From the NCBI GenBank assembly GCA_964588505.1, contig CAZPPQ010000002.1:1-43722 (forward strand): 43,722 nt of DNA, read 5' to 3'. This document shows positions 34,546 through 43,722 of the stretch, piece by piece. Numbering within the stretch: position 1 is the stretch's first letter; every line of letters begins with the position of its first letter. Made by a program: the position numbers and the translations under genes. The notes beneath the pieces are model-generated. The model was not told the origin of the DNA. It saw nothing but the letters and a program-made list of their open reading frames with translations, and made no database searches. The stretch is from an uncultured Gammaproteobacteria bacterium. GTDB taxonomy: Bacteria > Patescibacteriota > Patescibacteriia > UBA9934 > GWF2-40-263.

Positions 34546-35678
34546 TACTCAATTTCCACAAAAATATGATCCGTGAGGCGAGGGACGCGCTTCACCCAAA
34601 ACGGAAAAAACTCGACGATGACATCCGAAGCTACGCCATCATCCAAGACAAGCGCCTTTTTGACATCCTCGGCCGTCATGCCGGCAAACCGTGACGGATT
34701 CAATTTTGCGCTGGTGGTCGAGGCAACGGTGCGGCCATCCAAATACACGCGTAGACTCGCGGTTTCGTTCATCACATCCACTTTGTCCGCGACTAATTGT
34801 AATCCTTCCATATTCATTTCGACGAACCTCCTCCCACTTCCCAATTCATTATACAAACGCGTGGCCGCGACTTCCTCGGCCGTATTGCGATCAAAAAATA
34901 CGCCGGTTACACGAGCCTTCATCCGGACGGTAAATTCGTCCGCAGAAGCGCCGACTTTTACACTCGACTCCTGATCGGACACCTGTACCTGAAACGTTTC
35001 GCCGGTGTACATGGTTCCGACTGATTCACGAAGCATGACCTTTGCATCTGTTTCCAAGTCCGCTTTCAATTTCGCAAAAGCTGAATCAATATCGGATTGA
35101 CCGATCGCTTTGGTCGCCACCACTCCGCCAGTGAACGACTCGACGCTATCCGCATACACAAATTCCTGCCGCGCCACTGCAAGGCCAGGAATCGTAAACT
35201 TTATCGGGCCGATATTTCCGGAATCGCCAGGCTTGTCCGCGTGCGCGTCAACAGTCTTTTCTCCGCGAGCCGGAATAAGAATCGTCTCATCAATGCGGAA
35301 TAACACGCCTTCCGGAGAAAGCAGGCGTGTGCGTACGACAAGCTCCTGTTCGCTACCAGACGTATTGTGAATCGTCACTTTTCCATGCGCGATCGCGTCC
35401 ACCATTGTTGTTCCATCTCCGCCCGGCTTTGCGGTTTCAGTCTTTTCCAGAACACGAGAAGCGACACGGCCGCGCACCTCGGTCGGACGCGTCGGAATTT
35501 TTACGACATCAAGCAAAAAATCTGTCTTGATAGTTTCGGCCGTTGTTTTCACGCGGATCGTGGCGCGCATGATTGAAAGATAAACAACGGCAAACAGGAC
35601 AAACAAAACAATAACAAGAAAACTCACGGCAATCCGGCGATAGAGACGCAAAGACGGCCCCCTTGCTTTTGGTGTCAT
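34545..35678 (-). CDS. hypothetical membrane-anchored protein
   Basis: One N-terminal TM (IAVSFLVIVLFVLFAVVYLSI) is followed by a beta-rich domain of about 330 aa. The start is taken at the ATG at 35678 (MTPKARG); the ORF track extends to a TTG at 35747. Confidence 0.65.
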   Translation of the reverse strand: MTPKARGPSLRLYRRIAVSFLVIVLFVLFAVVYLSIMRATIRVKTTAETIKTDFLLDVVKIPTRPTEVRGRVASRVLEKTETAKPGGDGTTMVDAIAHGKVTIHNTSGSEQELVVRTRLLSPEGVLFRIDETILIPARGEKTVDAHADKPGDSGNIGPIKFTIPGLAVARQEFVYADSVESFTGGVVATKAIGQSDIDSAFAKLKADLETDAKVMLRESVGTMYTGETFQVQVSDQESSVKVGASADEFTVRMKARVTGVFFDRNTAEEVAATRLYNELGSGRRFVEMNMEGLQLVADKVDVMNETASLRVYLDGRTVASTTSAKLNPSRFAGMTAEDVKKALVLDDGVASDVIVEFFPFWVKRVPRLTDHIFVEIE

Positions 35679-35746
35679 GTCTATTCGTCGTGTTCTGGCT
35701 GATTTCGGAGTCACAGGAATGTGAAATGATGTGCGTTGATTAAACA

Positions 35747-35771
35747 ACGCCCTAAACCCCTAACGCCCTAC
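35747..35771. repeat. TTAGG-type boundary repeats (CCTAA orientation)
   Basis: The sequence acgccctaa acccctaa cgccctac lies immediately after the dnaE stop codon. Confidence 0.8.
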
Positions 35772-35778
35772 AAGTATA

Positions 35779-38700
35779 TCACTGAACATTCTGTCTTCCA
35801 ACTAATGCCGCGAGCGCATCGAAAAGTTCTGGTGAACGTGCAACATAATACTCCGTATCAACGCGCCGCAGTCTCCCTCCGGATTCAACTAAAAATGAAA
35901 CACGATCCATTCCCGGATGTCCCTGAAAAACAGACCGGATCCCTTCCACAACCTCCGGAACCGGCCGGCCATGCAGGATGACGGAAACGCCGACGCTGTG
36001 CGGCATCGGTTTTACAATCTCTTCTTCCACTTGAGCTTTTAACGTCTCGGGAACCCACGAATCTCCGGCAAGCATATTTTTGAGCGCCGGAATCTCCTTC
36101 TCGGACACAACGATAAAACTGTTCGCAATAAGCTTCGCCTCTTCCCCTCCGCGTTTCGACACTTTTGCAGAAACCAACACAACTAAATCTTCACGCAGGA
36201 TATCCTTATACTCCGCGAATGTGCGCGGAAAAACAATCACTTCGATCTTGCCTTCCGAATCATCCAGCCCGACAAACGCCATTGTCTCGCCTTTTTTCGT
36301 CGCAATCGACTTTAAGGATGTGATGACACCGCCGCAACGGACGAACGCATTGTCTACAGAATTCGCGACAGAGCCGCATGGCGTGAGCCACGCGCAAAGC
36401 GCCTCGCGAATTTTCATAAACGGATGAGAAGAAACATAGAGTCCAAGCAACTCCTTTTCCCACATCAGCAATTCGGCAGTCTCGGCCGGCGCGACCGGTT
36501 TCAATACAAGAGAGACCGCTGAAGAAGCCGTGTCCGACCCGAACAGCGAATGTTGATTCTGCTGCTTTTCTTGCTCGGCTATTTTATTGAACATCAACAG
36601 ACGATCCGTGTTTTGCAAAAGCTGATTCCGCTCCCCGAACCGATCAAGCGCCCCGGATTTTGCCAAGGACTCAAGCGATTTCTTGTTGAAAGATTTACGG
36701 GGCGCGCGACGAGCCAAATCCATCAAATCTTTAAACGCGCCGCCGGCTTTGCGTTCGGTAATAATATCTTTTACAACTTCCTCGCCTAGATTCTTAATCG
36801 CCACCAGTCCGAAACGGATCGTCCTGTCGCTCACGCACGTAAAATTCGCGTACGACTCGTTAACATCCGGCGGCAACACATCAATGTTCATGCGTTTGCA
36901 CTCGCGCACGGCTTCCGCAATCTTCTCCAAATCCGCGCATTCGGCGGTCATAAGCGCGGTCATATATTCGGACGGAAAATTCGCTTTCATGTACGCGGTA
37001 AAATACGCGATCATTCCATAGCTCGCGGCGTGCGCCTTGTTGAATCCGTACGCGGCAAACGGCTCGATCAGCTTCCATAATTCGTCCGCCTTGGCCTTCG
37101 ACATCCCGTTTTTTATCAAACCCTCGGACAACTTCTCCTTTTGCTTGGCCATCTCCTCCGGAATCTTTTTGCCCATGGCCTTGCGAAGTTTGTCCGCCTC
37201 GAGCCACGAATAGCCGCCGAGATGGATCGCGATCAGCATCACATCGTCTTGATAAACGATAACGCCGTAAGACTGATCCAAAATCGTCTTCAAGCGCGGA
37301 TCCAAATACCGAACGAGCGACGGGTTGTGTTTGCGAGCGATGTATTCCGGAATGGATTCAATCGGACCCGGACGATATAGCGCCACCATAGCCATAATGT
37401 CCTCTACGCGCTCCGGGCGAAGTTCCATCAAATACTTCGTCATCCCGTCGCCGTTCAATTGAAATGTGCCCATCGTATATCCGTTCGCGAGCAACTCGAA
37501 TGTTTTAGGATCATCCACGGGAATTTTCTGCAATTCAATCTGAATGCCTTTTGTTTTTTTAACGAGGGCGATCGCGTCTCCAAGAATGGACAAGTTGCGT
37601 ATTCCGAGAAAATCCATCTTGACAAGCCCGGCCGCTTCCACGGTTTTCATTTCATATTGGGTGATCGTCTTGCCTTCGCGTGTATCAATCTGAAGCGGAA
37701 CAAAATCCGTGAGCGGCGTCGGGGAAATCACCACGCCGGCCGCGTGGATCGAAACATGGCGCGCGCATCCTTCGATCTGCTTTGCAAGATCAATCACGCG
37801 CTTTACCTGTGCATCGGTCGTGTACGCTTGCTTCAGCTCCGGCGTTTCATCCAGCGCGCGGGAAAGCGTCATGGGAAACCCCTGGCTGCCCATAGGCACG
37901 AGCTTCGCAATCTTGTCCGCGAACGCGTATGGGAGCCCGAGCGACCGAGCAACGTCGCGCACACTGCCGCGCGCCATCATCGTACCGAACGTGCAAATTT
38001 GTGCGACTTTGTCCGCACCGTATTTTTCCGTCACGTACGCCAAAATTTCGTCACGGCGGTTGTCCGCGAAATCCGCGTCAATATCCGGCGCGGACGGACG
38101 CTCCGGATTCAAAAAACGCTCGAACGGAAGCCGGTAGCGAAGTGGGTGAATTTGCGAAATGCCAATCGCGTAGCTCACGAGCGAACCGGCGGCCGATCCG
38201 CGCGTGGTCGTCACAATCCCGTTCTTGTTCGCCCACGCGATGTAATCCGAAACGATCAAAAGATACGGACAGAATCCCTTTTTATCAATAATGTCCAGTT
38301 CGTACTCAAGACGCTTTTTCATCTCCTCGGTCACTTCAGGAACCTTTTCCGCAAGCTCTGCATATGCGCGCTTTGTGAGAACCGACCGGAACCTCTCTCC
38401 TTCCGAAATTTTATAATCCGCAAAATTCCATTTGCCGAGATCAAGCGCGAGGTTACATCGGTCCGCGATCTTGCGTGTGTTTTCAATCGCCTCCGAAATA
38501 TCCTTGAACCGCTCCTCCATATATTCGCCACTTACCATCGAGGCGTCGTAATCGTACGGCTGAAGACGCTCAAAATCCTCCAATGTTTTTCCACCTTTGA
38601 TACAATTCAAAATTTTCCATGCCTCGGCATCTCCGGGATTGAGGTACAAGATATTTTTTGTTGCGACAACCGGAATATTCAACCTATTCGACATCTCGAT

Positions 38701-39273
38701 AAGTTGCGCGTTGATCGTCTCCTGCTCGGCGATCTCCGGACGATCAACCAATTCCAAAAAGAAATTTCCCTGCCCAAAAATTTCCACGTATTCTTTCGCA
38801 AGCGCGTCAGCCTCTGTTTGATTGCCGTGGCTCAAAGCCGTTTCAATCTCGCCCATATATCCGCCTGAAAGCGCGATCAACCCTTTAGCAAGAGGCCGAA
38901 GAACTTCTTTGTCAATGCGCGGCTTGTAATAAAAGCCTTCCAAAAATCCGATGGAAGAAAGTTTGATCAAGTTGTGATAGCCCACGATGTTTTCCGCAAT
39001 CAGCACAAGCCGATTCGGTTTGATATCAATGTGAGCGCGTTTGTTCAAGCGGCCGAGCGAGGTGATGTACGCGTCCATGCCGATGATCGGCTTAAGACCG
39101 GCATCCAGCGCCTTTTGATAAAATTCAATGACTCCGTACATCGCGCCGTTGTCCGTAAGCGCAAACGCGTCCATACCGAGTTTCTTGGCATGCGCAATCA
39201 AGGCTTTGACCTTTGGCAAAGCCTCCAAAAGCGAAAAATGACTATGCACATGCAAGTGGACAAACTTCCCCAT
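35779..39273 (-). CDS. dnaE: DNA polymerase III alpha subunit
   Basis: The PHP domain starts FVHLHVHSHFSLLEA. Also present are the polymerase core DIDADFADNRRDEI and NKAHAASYGMIAYFTAYMK, and a C-terminal OB region. The ORF is 1164 aa. Confidence 0.95.
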   Translation of the reverse strand: MGKFVHLHVHSHFSLLEALPKVKALIAHAKKLGMDAFALTDNGAMYGVIEFYQKALDAGLKPIIGMDAYITSLGRLNKRAHIDIKPNRLVLIAENIVGYHNLIKLSSIGFLEGFYYKPRIDKEVLRPLAKGLIALSGGYMGEIETALSHGNQTEADALAKEYVEIFGQGNFFLELVDRPEIAEQETINAQLIEMSNRLNIPVVATKNILYLNPGDAEAWKILNCIKGGKTLEDFERLQPYDYDASMVSGEYMEERFKDISEAIENTRKIADRCNLALDLGKWNFADYKISEGERFRSVLTKRAYAELAEKVPEVTEEMKKRLEYELDIIDKKGFCPYLLIVSDYIAWANKNGIVTTTRGSAAGSLVSYAIGISQIHPLRYRLPFERFLNPERPSAPDIDADFADNRRDEILAYVTEKYGADKVAQICTFGTMMARGSVRDVARSLGLPYAFADKIAKLVPMGSQGFPMTLSRALDETPELKQAYTTDAQVKRVIDLAKQIEGCARHVSIHAAGVVISPTPLTDFVPLQIDTREGKTITQYEMKTVEAAGLVKMDFLGIRNLSILGDAIALVKKTKGIQIELQKIPVDDPKTFELLANGYTMGTFQLNGDGMTKYLMELRPERVEDIMAMVALYRPGPIESIPEYIARKHNPSLVRYLDPRLKTILDQSYGVIVYQDDVMLIAIHLGGYSWLEADKLRKAMGKKIPEEMAKQKEKLSEGLIKNGMSKAKADELWKLIEPFAAYGFNKAHAASYGMIAYFTAYMKANFPSEYMTALMTAECADLEKIAEAVRECKRMNIDVLPPDVNESYANFTCVSDRTIRFGLVAIKNLGEEVVKDIITERKAGGAFKDLMDLARRAPRKSFNKKSLESLAKSGALDRFGERNQLLQNTDRLLMFNKIAEQEKQQNQHSLFGSDTASSAVSLVLKPVAPAETAELLMWEKELLGLYVSSHPFMKIREALCAWLTPCGSVANSVDNAFVRCGGVITSLKSIATKKGETMAFVGLDDSEGKIEVIVFPRTFAEYKDILREDLVVLVSAKVSKRGGEEAKLIANSFIVVSEKEIPALKNMLAGDSWVPETLKAQVEEEIVKPMPHSVGVSVILHGRPVPEVVEGIRSVFQGHPGMDRVSFLVESGGRLRRVDTEYYVARSPELFDALAALVGRQNVQ

Positions 39274-39361
39274 ACCATCGAGAAATGTAAGAAAAGAGTA
39301 TCATCAAGCTATCAAAAAACCAAACCGCGTTTCTCTTGATTGAGAACGAGTCAGTAAAAAA

Positions 39362-40069
39362 TCAATCTTGATCGGCCGCGGAAACTTCAAACGGTCTCTC
39401 GTCGAACGACTGTCGCTCCGGCAAGCCGAGCCTTTTCATTTGGAACGCAAACGTTTCTTCAGAGATTTGACCGCTTCGGAATTGCTGATACGAACGAGAC
39501 AAAGCCAGTTTATCTTCCAATCTTCCAACCAAGTCGCCGGCTTCAACAACAACATCATTGTCCAAATCCCCGATGCTTTTCAACAAGAACGAGCCATCCT
39601 GAAAAATTCTAACATTCACGCTTTCCTCTTCATTTTTCAGATGAAACCAAGTCACTTTTCCTTCCTGCGCGTGATCCGGATCAACTGTCTTGATGATAGG
39701 CAAATTCCTGTCGTGAAATCTCTCCAAAGCAACTTTAGCCAACTGTCTATAAGCAACCGCCTCTTCCTGTGTTTGCGGCAACCAAACTTCCGGATTCGGA
39801 AAATCAAAATCCGGTGGTGGAGGCGCTTGGACTTTCGGACGATCTTCACTTTTTATTTCTTCAGCGCGGGGAGGAAACGAAACCGCATCCGGCTGCTTTG
39901 TAAGACCGGACGCTGGCCTGTCCGAATCTGGATCTCGATCTATCACTTCTCGCGCTTTTTCCGCACCGACCAGAACGCCTGTTGCGGCCACGAATCCTGC
40001 TGTCCATTCAGCAATCTTTTTGCCAACACTCTTTCGAGACCATCCTGGTCCGCGCGAAATTTCTAGCAT
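39362..40069 (-). CDS. hypothetical protein (N-terminal TM, Pro/Asp-rich linker, C-terminal globular part)
   Basis: It is a 235-aa ORF on the same strand as its neighbours. The fully overlapping plus-strand ORF has an R/F/S-rich composition that does not look like a real protein. Confidence 0.55.
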   Translation of the reverse strand: MLEISRGPGWSRKSVGKKIAEWTAGFVAATGVLVGAEKAREVIDRDPDSDRPASGLTKQPDAVSFPPRAEEIKSEDRPKVQAPPPPDFDFPNPEVWLPQTQEEAVAYRQLAKVALERFHDRNLPIIKTVDPDHAQEGKVTWFHLKNEEESVNVRIFQDGSFLLKSIGDLDNDVVVEAGDLVGRLEDKLALSRSYQQFRSGQISEETFAFQMKRLGLPERQSFDERPFEVSAADQD

Positions 40070-40080
40070 ATCTTTCCGGA

Positions 40081-40362
40081 TTACTCCACATCCTTCCTTT
40101 TTTTCTTTTCGATCGCGTATTCCACAACTTTTTTAACCCCTTCGACGAGCAATGTGACCGATGAAGTCGCATGCTCAAACTTTTGCTTGATGCCCGAGAG
40201 CGCCGATTCGATCTTGACGATTTTTTCCCGCGCCACATCCATGGTCTCATTCACATTCCGAAGAATCGTGGCCATCTGCCACATCAACCAAAAAATGGCG
40301 GCTGTGAGCCAGAGGACGCAAAACGCGAGCACAATGTAGAGGATGTCGAGGGGGGAAAACAT
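40081..40362 (-). CDS. small membrane protein, DUF948-like (N-terminal TM plus coiled coil)
   Basis: It is 93 aa, with ILYIVLAFCVLWLTAAIFWLMW followed by a helical charged tail. Confidence 0.55.
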   Translation of the reverse strand: MFSPLDILYIVLAFCVLWLTAAIFWLMWQMATILRNVNETMDVAREKIVKIESALSGIKQKFEHATSSVTLLVEGVKKVVEYAIEKKKRKDVE

Positions 40363-40366
40363 AAGA

Positions 40367-40400
40367 GGTTATAGGTTAGCTCATCCCCATAAGTTATAAA
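40367..40400. repeat. TATAGG/TATAA-type heptamer boundary repeats
   Basis: The sequence ggttata ggttagc tcatccc cataagt tataaac lies between the pheT stop and the start of the small membrane protein gene. Confidence 0.6.
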
Positions 40401-40405
40401 CTTTT

Positions 40406-42820
40406 TTATGTCCGTAGTATACCACCAAACTCTTGCTCAAGCACGCGGCGGACGACGGCAAGCTCGCAATCAACCTCTTCGGACGAGAGCGTCCGGTCAT
40501 CCGCGCGAAATGTCATGTGCATGGCGACCGACTTCTTGCCTGCCGGAATATTTTGACCGCGGTACAGATCGAACAATTCCACCTCGCGCAACAACGGCGA
40601 CGCTTCCTTTATTTTTTTTACGATGTCGGCGTAGACCGCGCGCTCGCCGAGAACCACGGCTAAATCGCGCTTAACTTCAGGATAGGACGGAACGGCCGTA
40701 TACCTCTGTTTGTACGAAGCAAACTCTGCGAGTCTTTCAAAAGCGATGTCCGCGCAAACCACGTCGCTTTCAACACCGAACGCGCGGGAAGTTATAGGAC
40801 CTATCTGACCAATAAGACCTATAGGAACTGAATTAATGACAATTTGCGCTGTGCGCGTCTGATGCCATTGCGCAGAAACACTCGCAGGACGATCCCATTT
40901 CCATTCGCGGATGCCCATTTCACGGAACAGCCGTTCGAGCATCCCTTTCACGGCTTTAAACCCTTTGTCTCCGGAAACTCCGTACTTCACGACAGCAAGC
41001 CGGAGCTCTTGATCTGGAATATCGTCCGCGTGCGCAAGATGCACTGTGCCGATTTCAAACAGCGCCGCGTTCCGAATTCGTCGTTCGTTCACCTCCACGG
41101 CTGAAAGAATTGATGGAAGAAGCGAAGGACGAATGAGCGCCTGATCGCTCGCAAGCGGATTTTGGATGCGAACCGCGAATTCCGGATCCATGCCGTATTT
41201 CGACAATTCCGCGTCGGACGTAAAGTTCATGCCGTACAATTCCAAAAGTCCGGCGCCGCGCAAAAGCTCTTTTGCACGCCGTTCCCACACAATGACCGGA
41301 TCAGCCGCGCCAGGCGCTACCTCGCCGACCGGCAGAACTGACGGAATGTTCGAGTAGCCATACAGCCGCGCAATCTCCTCTACAAAATCCCGCGAGCCTT
41401 CGATATCTCGGTCGCGCCAATACGGGACTGCCACTTGATAGGTCTTATGGGATCTATCGGACATATTGGACCTATCTTTTTCCAGTAAAAACCCAAGTCG
41501 CTTCAACATGCCAACCATTTCTTTTGCCGGCAATTCCACGCCCATCAACGCCTGCGCCTTCGCTGGATCAAACGTAACATGCGGCGCCGTGTATGGCTTC
41601 GCCTCGAACGAAGAAACAGTGGAAGCGACGCGGCCGCCCGCGACTTTCAAAATCAATTCAACGGCGCGAGCCAATGCCGCGCGTGTGGCTTGCGGCGACA
41701 ATCCTTTTTCAAACAGCTGGGACGAATCCGAGGCGAGATTCAACGTGCGTGCGGTCTTGCGGACCGAAACTGGATGGAACGTCGCGGATTCCAAAATGAT
41801 GCGCGTTGTTTTTTCCGTGGTGCCGGTTGCTTCACCTCCCATCACGCCAGCGATTGCGACCGGGCGATCCGCGTCGGCAATCACAAGCATCGCGTCAGTA
41901 AGCGCGTATTCCTTTCCATTAAGCGCGAGAATTTTTTCTCCGGTTCGTGCGCGCCGCGCAACGATTTTCCCGCCATGCAGAGTATCAGCGTCAAACGCGT
42001 GCATCGGCTGGCCGAGCTCGTGCAAAACATAATTCGTCACATCCACGATATTGTTGATCGGCCGATGGCCAGCGAGCAATAATTTCTTTTGAAACCACCA
42101 CGGCGACGGCCCGACCTTTACTCCATCAATCGCCACTGCCTCATATTTCAAACACAGATCCGGCGCGTCGACGGAAACCGAAACCGCGCCATCAGCGGCC
42201 GGAATCTCTTTTGTCTTCCACGCAAACCGGTCGCCGGTCGCCGCGCTTCCCTCGCGCGCCTGACCGACAATACTCATACAATCCGGCCGGTTTGATGTAA
42301 CTTCGACATCAAACACAACCTCATCCGCCAAATCCAACGCTTCGGCAAGCGGTGTGCCTGGCTTTGCGCGCGTAACTTTCGATAAATCCCAAATCTCATG
42401 ATTACCCTGGATCAATTTATCAAACCCCAATTCACTAGCCGCGCAAATCATACCAGCGCTTTTGACGCCGCGGATTTCCGCCGGCTGCAATTCCACCCAA
42501 TCGCCCTCGCCGTGCCATTTCACTTTTGCGCCCGGCAATGCGACCGCGACTTTCTGCTTTTTTTTCAAATTCGTTCCGCCGCACACGACCTCGACGATTT
42601 CCGAACCGAGATCCACTTCGACCAGCCGAAGTTTGTCCGCGTTCGGATGCGGCTTCAAACTTTTCACCCGTCCGAGCACCATACGCGCCATGGCCGGAGC
42701 GAACGCGCGCATGTGTTCCACACTGTTCCCTGCAGCCGTCATTTTTTCCGCAAAAACATCATACGGCAGATTCGTCTTTAAAAATTCTTTAATCCAGTCG
42801 TAGGAGGTAAGAATGTTCAT
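40406..42820 (-). CDS. pheT: phenylalanine--tRNA ligase beta subunit
   Basis: Segments: MNILTSYDWIKEFL, the tRNA-binding domain GRVKSLKPHPNADKLRLVEVDLG, B3/4 and B5 domains, and a C-terminal FDX-ACB-like region DLYRGQNIPAGKKSVAMHMTF. Confidence 0.95.
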   Translation of the reverse strand: MNILTSYDWIKEFLKTNLPYDVFAEKMTAAGNSVEHMRAFAPAMARMVLGRVKSLKPHPNADKLRLVEVDLGSEIVEVVCGGTNLKKKQKVAVALPGAKVKWHGEGDWVELQPAEIRGVKSAGMICAASELGFDKLIQGNHEIWDLSKVTRAKPGTPLAEALDLADEVVFDVEVTSNRPDCMSIVGQAREGSAATGDRFAWKTKEIPAADGAVSVSVDAPDLCLKYEAVAIDGVKVGPSPWWFQKKLLLAGHRPINNIVDVTNYVLHELGQPMHAFDADTLHGGKIVARRARTGEKILALNGKEYALTDAMLVIADADRPVAIAGVMGGEATGTTEKTTRIILESATFHPVSVRKTARTLNLASDSSQLFEKGLSPQATRAALARAVELILKVAGGRVASTVSSFEAKPYTAPHVTFDPAKAQALMGVELPAKEMVGMLKRLGFLLEKDRSNMSDRSHKTYQVAVPYWRDRDIEGSRDFVEEIARLYGYSNIPSVLPVGEVAPGAADPVIVWERRAKELLRGAGLLELYGMNFTSDAELSKYGMDPEFAVRIQNPLASDQALIRPSLLPSILSAVEVNERRIRNAALFEIGTVHLAHADDIPDQELRLAVVKYGVSGDKGFKAVKGMLERLFREMGIREWKWDRPASVSAQWHQTRTAQIVINSVPIGLIGQIGPITSRAFGVESDVVCADIAFERLAEFASYKQRYTAVPSYPEVKRDLAVVLGERAVYADIVKKIKEASPLLREVELFDLYRGQNIPAGKKSVAMHMTFRADDRTLSSEEVDCELAVVRRVLEQEFGGILRT

Positions 42821-43617
42821 AAAATAACTGACACTTTTTCATAAAACATAGGCAAGCAATCTTGCCTCATGCGAAATTTTGTGCCGTGATTGTGTCCGGT
42901 GCGAGCGTCAAAATCCACAAGGATTTTTCCTTCTTCCAATGCTTTCAAAAATCCCTCAAAATTAAATTTCTGCAACATCATCACCTTTGTGTAATGATAA
43001 AATTCTTTTTTTCGGACAATTTTCACTTCGGCCTGAACATAAAAGGCATTGAGTAGTTTTGTTCCGGCCTTGTGTTCCAAATCGTCAAAGCCCCAGTATG
43101 GTTGCGGATCAAGTTCGCCAAGACCAACACGCTTTTTTACCGATTCAACCCATGCTTTATGGCGCAAGTCAGCACTTTTTGCGTCAAACGAAATTAAAAT
43201 CTTTCGCTCCTTTCGGTCAATCACAACTTTGAATCCGCGATCGCTTCGCGATTGCCCGTGTATGGTTTGATGGAAGCTCATCTCTCCTTTTGGATATTTC
43301 TTGCCGTCCTCTTGATGCGCCCAGCCGTATTTTGGCAGAAGCACTTGAGGCACAAAGCGAATTGCGCGCGGCGAAGGTTCAATATGGAAGAGTGTCGTTA
43401 GTGAAGTTGAATTGAGGCGTTGGGCTTTCAATTCCCACTCGGCGGCGTTCGGAATCGGCAGATTGTTTTCTTTGATACCGAGTAAATCCTCAAGAGTATT
43501 GCCGATACCGCCAGCATTTCCTCGCCGCGCGTTAGGAATAAAGCCCATAGCCGATATTTCTTTCAGCTTGGCTATCAGTTCCGGTTTTGTATAAGTTTTA
43601 GGTTTATTCTTTGCCAT
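42817..43617 (-). CDS. MvaI/BcnI-like (MutH-fold) type II restriction endonuclease
   Basis: The sequence GGIGNTLEDLLGIKENNLPIPNAAEWELKAQR...LTTLFH fits the pattern recalled for the BcnI/MvaI family (G..LE...G..ENN....D....ELK). Its stop overlaps the pheT start (ATGA), and it lies 4 nt downstream of a methyltransferase gene. Confidence 0.55.
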   Translation of the reverse strand: MAKNKPKTYTKPELIAKLKEISAMGFIPNARRGNAGGIGNTLEDLLGIKENNLPIPNAAEWELKAQRLNSTSLTTLFHIEPSPRAIRFVPQVLLPKYGWAHQEDGKKYPKGEMSFHQTIHGQSRSDRGFKVVIDRKERKILISFDAKSADLRHKAWVESVKKRVGLGELDPQPYWGFDDLEHKAGTKLLNAFYVQAEVKIVRKKEFYHYTKVMMLQKFNFEGFLKALEEGKILVDFDARTGHNHGTKFRMRQDCLPMFYEKVSVIL

Positions 43618-43621
43618 AGTA

Positions 43622-43722
43622 TTACCAAAGTTTAGATTGGGCTTGATGTTGTTTTATTCTTTTTCGCGCCATTTCGCAATACTCCGGCGAAATATCAATC
43701 CCAATATAATCTCGCTTGAAGT
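43622..43722 (-). CDS. DNA methyltransferase (N6_N4_Mtase-type), C-terminal fragment running off the window
   Basis: The minus-strand translation FKRDYIGIDISPEYCEMARKRIKQHQAQSKLW* matches the typical C-terminal (G)R.(Y/F)IGIE....Y...A..RI end of amino-methyltransferases. Confidence 0.6.
   Translation of the reverse strand, partial: FKRDYIGIDISPEYCEMARKRIKQHQAQSKLW

Noticed and set aside
37459-38868. A 469-aa plus-strand ORF inside dnaE.
   Set aside because: It is antisense to a full-length dnaE, and its sequence is R/F/L-rich without motifs.
39368-40066. A 232-aa plus-strand ORF that exactly mirrors the 235-aa minus-strand ORF.
   Set aside because: The plus-strand translation is R/F/S/I-rich and low in acidic residues. 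The minus-strand frame gives a TM segment plus plausible domains and matches the orientation of the flanking genes. Confidence in that minus-strand gene is still only moderate.

Overview
This 43.7-kb chromosomal fragment has the gene content and style of a small-genome, CPR/Patescibacteria-like bacterium; that assignment is inferred from content, not from a search. The housekeeping core is gyrB, secE-nusG-rplK-rplA, gatB, miaA, miaB, thrS, dnaE, pheT and ftsW/rodA. Interleaved with it are envelope genes: an ECF sigma plus a DUF5667-like anti-sigma pair upstream of a 1285-aa surface protein, two GT4 glycosyltransferases, an O-antigen-ligase-like protein, and a locally GC-rich DAG-repeat lipoprotein. 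There is also a six-gene deoxypyrimidine cluster and the end of a type II R-M module abutting pheT. All protein calls come from motifs read in the supplied translations and compared with family sequences from memory; nothing was searched. The main second-look items follow. (1) The thymidylate-synthase homolog carries Asp where ThyA has the dUMP-specifying Asn, as dCMP hydroxymethylases do. It sits beside a Dcd-family protein that lacks the deaminase Glu and has dUTPase-like motifs, a CDA-fold deaminase, a DHFR-like protein and a Tmk-like kinase, an enzyme set resembling phage dCMP-modification pathways. (2) Three copies of a 38-nt palindromic element are inserted in frame in miaA. (3) Stop-codon-rich 7-8-mer repeat blocks sit at many gene boundaries. 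(4) A 152-nt highly structured element bounded by a 21-bp inverted repeat lies between nusG and rplK. (5) The long thrS upstream region contains a cloverleaf-like palindromic repeat and a 126-nt rod hairpin. (6) A Tmk-like paralog has an internal deletion. No rRNA, tRNA or CRISPR array was recognised.
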